A stretch of 64,000 nt of DNA from Negativicutes bacterium (lineage in GTDB: Bacteria > Bacillota > Negativicutes > UBA1444), in contig CAXXIN010000019.1 in NCBI GenBank assembly GCA_963665275.2, forward strand, positions 128,001 through 192,000. The letters are read 5' to 3'. Below, piece by piece: positions 43,014-52,671 of the stretch. Position 1 is the stretch's first letter. Each line of letters opens with the position of its first letter. Under the pieces are notes generated by a model. The model worked only from the letters and a program-made list of their open reading frames with translations, was not told the origin of the DNA and did no database searches. The translations under genes were made by a program, and so were the position numbers.

Positions 43014-43511
43014 TTACACCCTCCTATCCAGCAGGGCTGATGCCGCCCTGGAAATCGGCGCTGTCCCGACAGGGGCGTAGGTGTTTTCCGCCTGACTCCG
43101 GGTCAGTAAATTCAGGTTATAGTTGACAAAAGCCAGCGCTTTTTCAGTTAATCTGGCATTGATCAAATTAAGGCTGGAAAGTTCTTTCAAAGTTAAGCTG
43201 AAATCAGTATTAAAAGTTCGAATACGCTCTGCGGTATCCTGATCAGCCAGATCCATCAACTCGGTCAATGTAGGTCGGTTGTTGGATAACCCACAGGTAG
43301 TAACAATAACGGCGGTCGCTTTCGCCCGCCGATGTTCCAGTTCGTTTCCCTGTATAACCAGCGATTCTTCCAGGCGATTGATAGCTTCGAGTTCACCCGG
43401 CTTTCCCTGGACCAGCTGACGCCGCTTTTCTCCACCGAGTTCCAGCAAACGCTGATACAGCGCCTGCATTTCGTCAAGCACTTCGATTAGGGACTGCCAC
43501 ATTTCCGTCAT
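43014..43511 (-). CDS. flgN: Flagellar chaperone FlgN
   Basis: Helical protein between flgM and flgK, LNLINARL..LLDRRV. Confidence 0.85.
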   Translation of the reverse strand: MTEMWQSLIEVLDEMQALYQRLLELGGEKRRQLVQGKPGELEAINRLEESLVIQGNELEHRRAKATAVIVTTCGLSNNRPTLTELMDLADQDTAERIRTFNTDFSLTLKELSSLNLINARLTEKALAFVNYNLNLLTRSQAENTYAPVGTAPISRAASALLDRRV

Positions 43512-43527
43512 TCGCGGCTCCCCCTAT

Positions 43528-43833
43528 TTATTTTAGTTTATCCGCCAGCGCACGACCGATCATCTGGTCAGCGATTTTCGAGGCGTCCACTTGGTATTGG
43601 CCGGACTCGATCTTAAGGCTGAGTTCGTTGACGCGGTCAGTCCGGACATCCGGCAGCGCTTTGATGGCTGATATTTTTTGCTGCAAGTCCTGCGCTTCGG
43701 TCGACAGGACGACTGCGTCGCTGCGTTGGGAAGCGGATTTGCCGGCCTCACGGGCCCCCTTGGCGGATTTTGACTGCTCCACACCATACACTTTGTTAGC
43801 ATTGTTGATGCCGCTGCTGCCTGAAATAATCAT
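43528..43833 (-). CDS. flgM: Anti-sigma-28 factor FlgM
   Basis: D.VVLS..PDVRTDRVNEL..KIESGQYQVD..KIADQM. Confidence 0.92.
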   Translation of the reverse strand: MIISGSSGINNANKVYGVEQSKSAKGAREAGKSASQRSDAVVLSTEAQDLQQKISAIKALPDVRTDRVNELSLKIESGQYQVDASKIADQMIGRALADKLK

Positions 43834-43960
43834 AATTAACACCTCTTTATCCGAACTGTCTCGACTTTTTTTGGGTCTGCGACATTCTGTTCATAATATA
43901 TATCGCAAAAATGGAGCCGGATATTAACCGACTCCACCTCTTTTTGAAAAATAATTTTTT

Positions 43961-44362
43961 CTAGCGGTTAAAACGGGTGTGAATTCCTTCACCGGGACGC
44001 TTGGCCGGAACCGGTTCGGCCGGTTTCTGGGCACTTCGGGGGTCAGCCTTGATCTGCTCGAGGACGCGGCGGCCACACTCGCCGCAGACGCGACCTTCGG
44101 TGATGAGCTTGCCGCATGTTTCGCAAGGGTACTCCACCTGAACATCTCCGGTGATTCGACCTTTTTTGATCATTTTTAGAATGGTTTTTTCTTCCACCCC
44201 GGTTGCTTCATGCACTTCGGGGATCGAGGCCCGCCGGTGATCCCGCAGATATCTCGCCACTTTTTCTTCATTCTCTTCTTCGGCCCGGTAGCAGTCCGGA
44301 CACATTCCTGAAGGGTTCTGCATGAACAGTTTTCCGCACTCCTTGCAATTCGCCAATCCCAT
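43961..44362 (-). CDS. YvyF-like flagellar operon zinc-finger protein
   Basis: LANCKECGKLF..CPDC..YLR..ATGV..CETCG..C..C; upstream of flgM. Confidence 0.85.
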   Translation of the reverse strand: MGLANCKECGKLFMQNPSGMCPDCYRAEEENEEKVARYLRDHRRASIPEVHEATGVEEKTILKMIKKGRITGDVQVEYPCETCGKLITEGRVCGECGRRVLEQIKADPRSAQKPAEPVPAKRPGEGIHTRFNR

Positions 44363-44615
44363 GCCGTCCCATCCTTCCATTTGCATTAATTCCAATCTTA
44401 TTATAATATATACCGGCGAGGTCGAAAAAGGCAACAGGTTCGATCGGCGCAATTTTTTTTCTGACGGCGGTGAAAATCCAGCAGGATTCTCTCTGTCGTT
44501 ATCAAATATTAAACAAATATCAGATCGCAAGAATTACGTCCCCAAACGCATGGATGTCTGATATACTGTAGGTACTGTTGCAATGCATTTTACGACAGGA
44601 AAGGTGTCATGCTGC

Positions 44616-45212
44616 ATGAGCAAAACAACGGCCCCAGCTGCTGCTAAAGTAGCGACTCCCGTCATCGACAACGCAATCGTTGAGAATCTGATTCAGCTGC
44701 TCAAGCTCAAGAATCACCGGATTTGCCAGCACAGCTTTCAGGTGGCGAACTATGCCGTCAGCATTGCGGCCCAGATGCGTCTGCCCAAGGAAGAGATCGA
44801 GCGAATCCGTATGGCGGCGGTGCTGCATGACATCGGACAGCTCTCTGTCCCCAACGCCATCATGTCCAAACTCCCCTATCTCAGCGCGCGCGAAACGAGC
44901 CTGTATCGAGGGCATTGCAATGCGGGAGCGGCGATGTTGGAGAATATTGAGGCTTTCACCGAATTCATTCCCTATATCCGTTTCCACCATGAACAGTGGG
45001 ACGGCAAGGGATATCCGAAGCGCCTGAAGGGCGTGAACATTCCGCTCGGCGCCCGCATCCTCGCGGTCGCCAACTATTACGACCGTTTCATCAACCCCTG
45101 CGAGCAAAACTGGGTCAAAACGAAAAAAGAAGCGGTGAAGGAACTCAACAACATCGCCGGCACCGTCCTCGACCCCGAAGTCGTCAAAGCCTTCATCAAC
45201 GCTTTGGGGTAG
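44616..45212 (+). CDS. HD-GYP domain protein (possibly degenerate)
   Basis: HDIG, HHEQWDGKGYP, IPLGARILAVA. Confidence 0.85.
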   Translation: MSKTTAPAAAKVATPVIDNAIVENLIQLLKLKNHRICQHSFQVANYAVSIAAQMRLPKEEIERIRMAAVLHDIGQLSVPNAIMSKLPYLSARETSLYRGHCNAGAAMLENIEAFTEFIPYIRFHHEQWDGKGYPKRLKGVNIPLGARILAVANYYDRFINPCEQNWVKTKKEAVKELNNIAGTVLDPEVVKAFINALG

Positions 45213-45245
45213 GTGACAGGCACCGGTTTCTCTGACATTTATGGA
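45212..45245 (+). repeat. REP-like hairpin copy 2 GGTGACAGGCACC + GGTTTCTCTGACATTTATGGA
   Basis: Begins on the last base of the HD-GYP TAG stop. Confidence 0.85.
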
Positions 45246-45257
45246 TGAATTGTCCAG

Positions 45258-45917
45258 TTAGCCGTTGGCTAGAGCGAGTGCATGTACGCTGGATGCGCCG
45301 GTCTGGCGCAGAACGAGGGCGCATTCTTCGAGGGTGCGGCCAGTGGTGACGATATCATCGACGAGCAGAATCTGACGACCTTGGATGAGATCTGGCGCGT
45401 TTACGAAAAACGCGCCTTTTATATTTTCTGCCCGTTCCCGTCGATCCAGCTCCCATTGCGGCGAAGTGGGCCGTCGCCTCTGGAGCAGATCGCCTCCCCA
45501 CTCCAGCCCCTGCCCGACGCACCAGTCGTGAAAGAGCAGATCAACTTGGTTGTAGCCACGTTCCTCCCTCCGGCTCACCGACAGGGGCACGGGGATTGCC
45601 AATGCGCCACAGAGAGGTAATCCTGCCAGTTCCACCTCATCCGCCATCGACAGCAGCCATGCCAAAGGCGCCGCGTTTCCGCGGCGCCTTTGAAATTTCA
45701 GTCCATGCAGCAGGCTGCGGACCGCGCCCCTATATCCGGTGAGCACCTGGCAACTCTCGATATGCCGCATCCCCCGCTCCGCCACATCCAGTCGCCGCGG
45801 ATTCCACAGTTCATTCAGGCAGCTCGCGCACCAGGCGCCACCTCTGCCGACTTCCGCCCCGCAGCCTGGGCAGTTGGGCGGAAATACCAGCTGCAGCAGG
45901 GTCTGCAGCCAGCTCAC
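45258..45917 (-). CDS. comFC: Competence protein ComFC/ComF
   Basis: Double zinc finger CPGC..CASC, RGYNQ, LLVDDIVTTGRT PRT motif. Confidence 0.93.
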   Translation of the reverse strand: MSWLQTLLQLVFPPNCPGCGAEVGRGGAWCASCLNELWNPRRLDVAERGMRHIESCQVLTGYRGAVRSLLHGLKFQRRRGNAAPLAWLLSMADEVELAGLPLCGALAIPVPLSVSRREERGYNQVDLLFHDWCVGQGLEWGGDLLQRRRPTSPQWELDRRERAENIKGAFFVNAPDLIQGRQILLVDDIVTTGRTLEECALVLRQTGASSVHALALANG

Positions 45918-48064
45918 GTGAAATCTTCCTGCCGCAGGCGTTCCGCCAGGAGCGAATGACGGCGGCGCGTCCGGTCGTTGGAAACCGCCGTGCCGAGCGC
46001 CGCGCTCGACCCCACCAGGATGACGCGCTGCTTCGCGCGGGTGATCGCCGTATACAGCAGATTCCGCTGCAGCATGACATAGTGCCCGCTCACCAGCGTC
46101 AGGATGACGATGGGATACTCACTGCCCTGGCTTTTGTGCACGCTCATCGCGTACGCCGGCGCCAGCGAATCCAGCTCGCTCCGGTCATACGGGACATCAC
46201 CCTCTGGGTAGCGGACGAGCACCATCTCGTCATCCATGTCCGCCACACGGCCGATGTCGCCGTTGAACACGCCTTTGTCGTAATCGTTGCGGGTCTGCAT
46301 GACCTTGTCGCCGACCCGGAAAATCTTCCCGGCGTGCGCCGCCTCAAGCTTGCCCCGCATCGGCGGATTCAGCGCCGCCTGCAACACTTTATTCAAGTTT
46401 TCGACGCCGCAGGCCAGCCGATGCATCGGCGAGAGCACCTGCACATCGCGTCCGACATTCACACCTTCATTCGGCAGTTCCTGCTGACACAGCTGCACGA
46501 CCAGCGCCGCCGCCGCTTCATCATTCTCCACTTCCCGCAGCTGAAAATCGCGGGTCGTCCGCACATCCGGAAACTGTCCCCGATTGATCCGATGCGCATT
46601 CACCACGATCGGACTTTGCCCCGCCTGACGGAAGATCTCGGTCAGGCGCACCACCGGTGTCGTCTCTGACCGGATAATATCCTTCAGCACCGAACCCGGT
46701 CCCACCGCCGGCAGCTGATCGACGTCGCCCACGAGTACGATGCGGCAGCCGTTCGGCGTCGCCCGCAGCAGATAATACATTAAGAGAATATCCATCATCG
46801 AAACTTCGTCCACGATGATCACGTCAGCATCGATCGGGTTTTCTTCGCCCCTTCCAAACACCGCCCGCCCACCGCGCGACCCTGCCGCTTCCAACAGTCG
46901 GTGCACCGTCAACGCTTCGCGCCCTGTCGCCTCCGACAGCCTTTTGGCGGCACGGCCCGTCGGCGCGGCCAGCACGATCTTGCAGCCCTGCATCGACAGC
47001 ACGTTCAGCACGGCCTGCACTGTCGTCGTTTTGCCTGTGCCCGGTCCGCCTGTCATGACCAGCACGCCGTGGCTGCTTGCCGCCCGCACCGCCTCGCGCT
47101 GCGCTTCAGCCAGCTGGATTCCCTTCTCCCGTTCGAACTTCTCCGTCATCGCCGCGACATCCGCTTCTTTCAGTTGTTTCGCCGAATCGCGCAGTTTGAG
47201 CAGGCGCGCCGCCACCTGGCGTTCCGCGTGATACAGATGATCAGGATAAATCAGCGTGCCGCCGCGCGCATCTTCCTTGGCGATCGTTCCCTGCCGCAGC
47301 AGCTGGGACAAAACTTCCGCCACGGAATAACTATCGCAGCCCAGCTCTTTCACCGCCGCCTGCACGAGCACATCCTCCGGCACACAGGTGTGGCCGGTAT
47401 CCGCCGTGCCAAGCAGCGCATAACGGATTCCCGCCGCGATCCGGGCGAAATCCTCCGCCTGGGCGCCGCAGGCTAGTGCGATCCGGTCCGCGATGCGAAA
47501 TCCGATGCCGTCGACCTCTTCCGCCAGCCGATACGGATCCTGCTCGATCACCGGCACGGCTTCCTCGCCGTACACCGTGTGGATTCTGCGGGCGTACGCG
47601 CCGGGAATCCCGTGGGACTCGAGGAAGAACATCAGATCCCGCAGCTCCGCCTTCGAAGAAAAAGATTCCACGATCATTGCCAGTTTCTTGGGTCCGATCC
47701 CTTCGATCTCCAGCAGATGCCGCGGCTCCCGCTCGAGGATATCGAGAGTCTTCAAGCCGAACCGGGCCACCATGCGAGCCGCCATGGCCGGTCCGATCCC
47801 CTTCACAGCCCCTGAGCCGAGGAAACGTTCGATGGCAGGCAGCGTTGCAGGCAGGATACGGCGCATCCCTTCGCCGCGGAACTGCCGTCCATACTTCGCA
47901 TGAACCGTCCACGTACCGGATACTTCGATCTCTTCACCTGGCAGCGGCGCTCCCACGCGCCCCGCCACCACTACCATCCCCTGCTCTGTTTTCAGCCGAA
48001 ACACGACATATTCGTCCTGCCCCTGAAAGGTTATATTTTCGACCACTCCGGCCAATGTATCCAT
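45914..48064 (-). CDS. recD2: ATP-dependent RecD2-like helicase
   Basis: H.KYGRQF, KGIGP, GGPGTGKTT, DEVSM, HKSQGSEY. Confidence 0.95.
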   Translation of the reverse strand: MDTLAGVVENITFQGQDEYVVFRLKTEQGMVVVAGRVGAPLPGEEIEVSGTWTVHAKYGRQFRGEGMRRILPATLPAIERFLGSGAVKGIGPAMAARMVARFGLKTLDILEREPRHLLEIEGIGPKKLAMIVESFSSKAELRDLMFFLESHGIPGAYARRIHTVYGEEAVPVIEQDPYRLAEEVDGIGFRIADRIALACGAQAEDFARIAAGIRYALLGTADTGHTCVPEDVLVQAAVKELGCDSYSVAEVLSQLLRQGTIAKEDARGGTLIYPDHLYHAERQVAARLLKLRDSAKQLKEADVAAMTEKFEREKGIQLAEAQREAVRAASSHGVLVMTGGPGTGKTTTVQAVLNVLSMQGCKIVLAAPTGRAAKRLSEATGREALTVHRLLEAAGSRGGRAVFGRGEENPIDADVIIVDEVSMMDILLMYYLLRATPNGCRIVLVGDVDQLPAVGPGSVLKDIIRSETTPVVRLTEIFRQAGQSPIVVNAHRINRGQFPDVRTTRDFQLREVENDEAAAALVVQLCQQELPNEGVNVGRDVQVLSPMHRLACGVENLNKVLQAALNPPMRGKLEAAHAGKIFRVGDKVMQTRNDYDKGVFNGDIGRVADMDDEMVLVRYPEGDVPYDRSELDSLAPAYAMSVHKSQGSEYPIVILTLVSGHYVMLQRNLLYTAITRAKQRVILVGSSAALGTAVSNDRTRRRHSLLAERLRQEDFT

Positions 48065-48211
48065 CGTTACGTTTCTCTCCGATTTCTTCGTCTGCCAATG
48101 AAATAATTATTATTTTTATCAGCAGGATTTTCGATAATTATATCGTATCTAATAAAGCGTGTGATATGCCCCAAACATATTTCAGGAAAGAAGAAGGAGC
48201 CAGCCCGCATC

Positions 48212-48358
48212 ATGAAAGAATGCATGTATTCCTACCATTACCACCGGAACCGCGCCATCGTGCGCAGAGACAGAACAGGGACCCGCTTATTATTCGGAAT
48301 TCTGGGACTCGCAACGCTTTACGGCGTTTATTGCCTCAGCACACTGGTCCGATCCTAA
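48212..48358 (+). CDS. Candidate 48-aa single-TM peptide
   Basis: GAAGGAG RBS, hydrophobic C-half LLFGILGLATLYGVYCL, followed by terminator. Confidence 0.45.
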   Translation: MKECMYSYHYHRNRAIVRRDRTGTRLLFGILGLATLYGVYCLSTLVRS

Positions 48359-48379
48359 AGTTTTACCAGCGTTATAGTC

Positions 48380-48414
48380 AAAACCGGAGGATGAAAACCC
48401 TCCGGTCTTTTTTT
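48380..48414. terminator. Bidirectional terminator ACCGGAGG/CCTCCGGT with A/T tracts
   Basis: Between convergent small ORF and response regulator. Confidence 0.7.
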
Positions 48415-48417
48415 ATT

Positions 48418-49086
48418 TTATTCCACATATACGATCTTGTGTTTGATGGCGAACAACACCGCCTGCGTCCGATCCGTCACTTGAATCTTGCGAAAAATAT
48501 TCGTCAGATGGTTTTTGACCGTTTTTTCGCTGAGAAACAATTCGCGGGCAATCTCCGCATTGCTCATGCCTTTGCCGACGAGCCGCAACACCTCGATTTC
48601 TCGGACGGACAATCGGTCGCTATCGAGTGTACCCGGTGGCGAAGGCGCCAACTTCTGCTCTTCCTGGCTGGTAATACCGCGAAACAACTTCTTGGTGAGG
48701 GAAGGCTCGACATAAGATTCTCCGGCATGCACCCGTCGGATCGCCTGCACCATCATCGAAGGCTCCACATCTTTCAGCAGGTATCCGGCCGCGCCGCTCT
48801 GGATCATTTTCATCATATAGTTTTCATCGTCGTGAATCGTCAACGCCAGGATCCTGATCTCCGGGCACAGTTCCCGCAGCTTGGCAGCCACCTCAATGCC
48901 GGTCGCCTTGGGCATGTTGATGTCGAGCAGCAGCAGGTCCGGGCGCAGCGCGATAGCCTGGGTGACTGCTTCTTCCCCGTCGGCAGCCTCCCCGACGATC
49001 TCAAAGTCTGGTTCCAATGACAAAAAGTTTCTAATACCCTGGCGCAACAAAGGATGATCATCCGCGATGAGAATACGAATTGGCAT
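48418..49086 (-). CDS. NarL/DegU-family response regulator
   Basis: ADDH, LLDINMP, GYLLK receiver + [18 protein letters not shown]. Confidence 0.93.
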   Translation of the reverse strand: MPIRILIADDHPLLRQGIRNFLSLEPDFEIVGEAADGEEAVTQAIALRPDLLLLDINMPKATGIEVAAKLRELCPEIRILALTIHDDENYMMKMIQSGAAGYLLKDVEPSMMVQAIRRVHAGESYVEPSLTKKLFRGITSQEEQKLAPSPPGTLDSDRLSVREIEVLRLVGKGMSNAEIARELFLSEKTVKNHLTNIFRKIQVTDRTQAVLFAIKHKIVYVE

Positions 49087-49107
49087 GTTGCCCACTCCTC
49101 CCATCCG

Positions 49108-50454
49108 CTATTTCACGATTTTTGCTTTCAAAAAGATCACAACTTCTGTTTCATCCTTGGTTGAAGTCACGCTTTGGAACAGTTTGCCGAGAATCGGCAG
49201 GTCGCCGAGGAAAGGGACCTTGTTGACACCTTTGATATCAGAAGTGGAAATCAATCCGCCGATTACCAACGTGGCGCCATCCTTCATCCGTACGTTCGTC
49301 TGCGCCGAACGGGTCTTGATCTCGTAGGCCGTCGTGCCGGATATTACGACTTTACTGGGAATGGACACTTCGACAAAAACGCTGGCGGTGATGTTCTCGT
49401 CCTCGTTGATGCGAGGCACGTAGGCCAAAGTAATGCCGGCATTCTTGTAAGTTGTGGTATTGGTAGTTGTTCCATTGGTGGTGGTCGGCGTAACGATCGG
49501 CAACTGGTCGCCGATAAAGATGGTCGCCTTGTTGCCATTGAACGTCATGACGTTCGGTCGCGCCAGGATTTTGGCATCTCCGTTGGTAATGAGCGCATTG
49601 ATCTTGGCCGTGACGCCGCTAAGACCGAAAGTATATTGTTTCCCATCGCCAGCCGTAAAAACTGCAATAGGGAGCGAGGCAACGGTTGTTGAACTGCTTG
49701 AAGAGGAGGATTCGGGTTGCGTCTGGGATACCGTGCCCCAAGTCCAGTCGATCCCCAGTTCCTTGGATGCCGATTTGGAAAGGTTGATCACCTGGGCTTC
49801 CAACAAAATCTGTTGGTAGGGAACGTCCAGTTCTTTGAGCAGCTGCCTTACTTTCTCTATCTGTTCCGGCGCACCGTAAGCGATGATCGAGTTGGTCGAG
49901 GCGTCGGTATTGATGACCAGTCCCTTGATGCCTGAGCTGTTGGCGCTGGAAGCGGTCGCTCCGCCGGCCGTCGTTTTCAGGGTCCCGGCATCCGATCCGC
50001 TGCTGGCCCCGGGGTTCTCCACCGCGAATTCACTGTCGCTCTTGCCGCCGCCGACGATGATGTTCTTGATATGGTCAGCCCTGGCATATTTCAGCGTGAA
50101 AACGTTCGCCTGACTAAACCCTTTCTCCATCTTCTCCTGAGTGGAAAAAACGAGGACATTGCCTGTCCGATAGAGACTGAGACCCTTTGTCTTCGTAATA
50201 ATTTCCAACGCCGAATCAAAGGGAATGTTCTTGAAATCGACGCTGATGCGGCCGGTGACAGCATCATCGATAACCACATTGACCCTGCCGATTGACGCCA
50301 ATCCCGTCAGCACATCCCGAACATCGGCATCCACTACGGACATCGAAACCATCGGACTATACGCGTAAGCGAACGCCGTAGCTCCCGTTGACAGCAGCCC
50401 GACGAAACAGGCCACACAAAGAATCATTTTCCACCTTTTGAAGCCTGAATTCAT
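49108..50454 (-). CDS. Outer-membrane secretin (PilQ/GspD family)
   Basis: DADVRDVL STN domain, N3 domain LDVP, DGATLVIGGL, KVPFLGDLPILGKLF. Confidence 0.92.
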   Translation of the reverse strand: MNSGFKRWKMILCVACFVGLLSTGATAFAYAYSPMVSMSVVDADVRDVLTGLASIGRVNVVIDDAVTGRISVDFKNIPFDSALEIITKTKGLSLYRTGNVLVFSTQEKMEKGFSQANVFTLKYARADHIKNIIVGGGKSDSEFAVENPGASSGSDAGTLKTTAGGATASSANSSGIKGLVINTDASTNSIIAYGAPEQIEKVRQLLKELDVPYQQILLEAQVINLSKSASKELGIDWTWGTVSQTQPESSSSSSSTTVASLPIAVFTAGDGKQYTFGLSGVTAKINALITNGDAKILARPNVMTFNGNKATIFIGDQLPIVTPTTTNGTTTNTTTYKNAGITLAYVPRINEDENITASVFVEVSIPSKVVISGTTAYEIKTRSAQTNVRMKDGATLVIGGLISTSDIKGVNKVPFLGDLPILGKLFQSVTSTKDETEVVIFLKAKIVK

Positions 50455-50458
50455 TTCA

Positions 50459-50980
50459 TCACTGTCCCATCGTTAATACTTTGGTCCCTGAGGGGCCTTC
50501 GAGCGTCACGGAGTTGCCGCCGATGGAGGCGACCCTGTAGGAACCAGCCGATTCACCAACCCGATAGGAGCGGCTAATGGTTCCCTGTCTGAGGATAGCC
50601 ACCCGGGAACCTTCTCCGACGATGACACCGGTCAGCTTCGGCAACGGTCCGGCGCTAAAAGCTTGCCCCCCTTTGGTCGGCGAAGCGCCGTTAGGAGGAT
50701 TGCTGCTGGAAACTGCCAACAACGCCGCATACTCGGCAGGCGGCGAAAAAATATCGCGCGTCACCTGGCCAACTGTTGAGGTTCCTTGCGGCATCATCGG
50801 TGTGCTCGTATTAATGACACTCGTGCCTGGCTTTCCAACAGGAGTCGCGGCTGCCGGGACAACGGGATCTGGCGCTGCCACCGGCGTCGGGGTGCTGGGT
50901 TCATATAGCAGCAGCGCCGCGGCAATCGCCGCCACACCCACTAGGACAATGAGGAACAGTCTTTTCTTGCTATCTTTCAT
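50459..50980 (-). CDS. PilP/GspC-like pilus assembly protein
   Basis: N-terminal TM, Pro-rich linker, RDIF, KLTGVI..AIL..YRVGE..YRV..I. Confidence 0.65.
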   Translation of the reverse strand: MKDSKKRLFLIVLVGVAAIAAALLLYEPSTPTPVAAPDPVVPAAATPVGKPGTSVINTSTPMMPQGTSTVGQVTRDIFSPPAEYAALLAVSSSNPPNGASPTKGGQAFSAGPLPKLTGVIVGEGSRVAILRQGTISRSYRVGESAGSYRVASIGGNSVTLEGPSGTKVLTMGQ

Positions 50981-51129
50981 ACCTGTGGCATATCCCCTTT
51001 GTGGAACTGTCGATAATAGATATTGTATATACTTTAAAATACTTATTCAACCATAAGAGGAAAACTCCTGTATTTTGTGGATTATTTTATGCATCGCATC
51101 GAAACATCCGCCGTCGTCAAGCCCGATTT

Positions 51130-52593
51130 TTATTTCAGTTTCGCGATCTTCGGACCCATGATTTTTTTGTAGGCTTCCACGCCAGGCTGATCGTAGGCGT
51201 CCACGTCAGCCAGTTCCCCTTCATAGGCAACCGACAGCGCCAATAGATAAAGAAGCTCACCGAGATGGAACGCCGACAGTTTCGGCAAGGTGAACACGGC
51301 GCTAAAGCGGCCATCCGCAGCCAAGGCTTCGGCGTTCGATTCCCGCGCCACTTCCAGCGCCGCAGCGAGTGAGATTCCGGCGAATTTGGCGACTGACGCC
51401 TCGCTCGGGAACACATCCGGCACCGTGATATCCTTGCCCCAGTCCTTGATTCGGAGGAACTGGACGACTTTGTCGCGAGCGCCGTCCTGGTGCTGCTGCG
51501 TCTGGGCGTGCATATCCGTCGTTCCGACAGCCACGATGGGAGTGCGGCCGTAGTATACAGGCCGCCCTTCGCGGTCCGTCCGCTTGCCTAGCGACTCGGC
51601 CAGCAGCTGGATGTACCACTCGGAAACGGATTTCAGATAATCCGCATAGGGCATGAAAACTTCGAGATGCCGCCCGTGGTTTTCCGAAGCGAGATATTTC
51701 AGCACGGCGCCCAGCAGGGCCGGGTTTTTGTAAACATCTGGTGTCTGGCAGGCCTCGTCCATCGCCCGTGCGCCACCCAGGAAAGCATCGATGTCGAACC
51801 CGATACAGGCAGCGGTGATCAAACCAACTTCAGCAAAGATGCTGAATCGTCCCCCTACGCCGTCCGGCACAGAGAACGTCGGCCAACCATGCGTGCGGGC
51901 CAACCGGTGCAGCACGGTCTCGTGCGGGCCCTCGGCCGGGTCAGTTACGGCGACCACCTTTACTTCAATCGGAGGAGTAAGGCGACGCAAAGCATCATAG
52001 AGAACCATGAAGTTTGCCGTTGTTTCAATCGTCGAACCCGATTTGGAGATCACGACGAGGCAGACTCGATACAACTGACTCGGGTGGTGCTGTCCCTTCA
52101 GACGCGCCTCCCGTTCCAGCTGCGCCAGGAGCTCGCCGGTGCGCCGTGGGTCCAGATTATTTCCCGAGAAATAAAGCTTGGGCCAGCCGCCGCGGTCAGA
52201 CTCGGACTGCAGATTCCAGAACTCGCCGCAGTGCATGTCGAACAGCACTTTGTTGCCGAGGTAGGAACCACCGATGCCGAACGAAACGACGGCATCCACC
52301 TTGTTGCGCAGCGAAGCGCCGAATTCTTTCAGCCGGGCGATAGAGGCTGGCGAATTGAGATGGCCGTCTTCAACGTAAGGCAGCTGGGTGAACAGCACCT
52401 TCTCCGGCGTGCCGTCTTTGGACAGATGGGCCTTCACTTCGCCGGTCGATCGCATGTGGACGATCCCCTGGTGTGCAGCGCCAATCCGGTCCACAAGGGC
52501 GTCGATTTCAGCGGGTGTGACTTTCCCTTCGCCAAACAGGTTTTCATAATCAAACGTGAAGCCGGAAGGCAGTTGCAAGGTTGTATCAGACAT
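51130..52593 (-). CDS. pgi: Glucose-6-phosphate isomerase
   Basis: GIGGSYLG, SKSGSTIET, VGGRFS, QLLAESLGK, DQPGVEAYK. Confidence 0.95.
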   Translation of the reverse strand: MSDTTLQLPSGFTFDYENLFGEGKVTPAEIDALVDRIGAAHQGIVHMRSTGEVKAHLSKDGTPEKVLFTQLPYVEDGHLNSPASIARLKEFGASLRNKVDAVVSFGIGGSYLGNKVLFDMHCGEFWNLQSESDRGGWPKLYFSGNNLDPRRTGELLAQLEREARLKGQHHPSQLYRVCLVVISKSGSTIETTANFMVLYDALRRLTPPIEVKVVAVTDPAEGPHETVLHRLARTHGWPTFSVPDGVGGRFSIFAEVGLITAACIGFDIDAFLGGARAMDEACQTPDVYKNPALLGAVLKYLASENHGRHLEVFMPYADYLKSVSEWYIQLLAESLGKRTDREGRPVYYGRTPIVAVGTTDMHAQTQQHQDGARDKVVQFLRIKDWGKDITVPDVFPSEASVAKFAGISLAAALEVARESNAEALAADGRFSAVFTLPKLSAFHLGELLYLLALSVAYEGELADVDAYDQPGVEAYKKIMGPKIAKLK

Positions 52594-52671
52594 GGGACGC
52601 ACCTCCATATTCATCAGTATAAAAAACACTGAGAAGGGTAACGGGAAAAGGGACGCTCGATGCGGAATTTA

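Noticed and set aside
50252-50261. Partial match CCGGTGACAG inside the secretin gene (and GCCTGTCAC near 39715)
   Set aside because: Lacks the complementary arm and the extension; consistent with chance.
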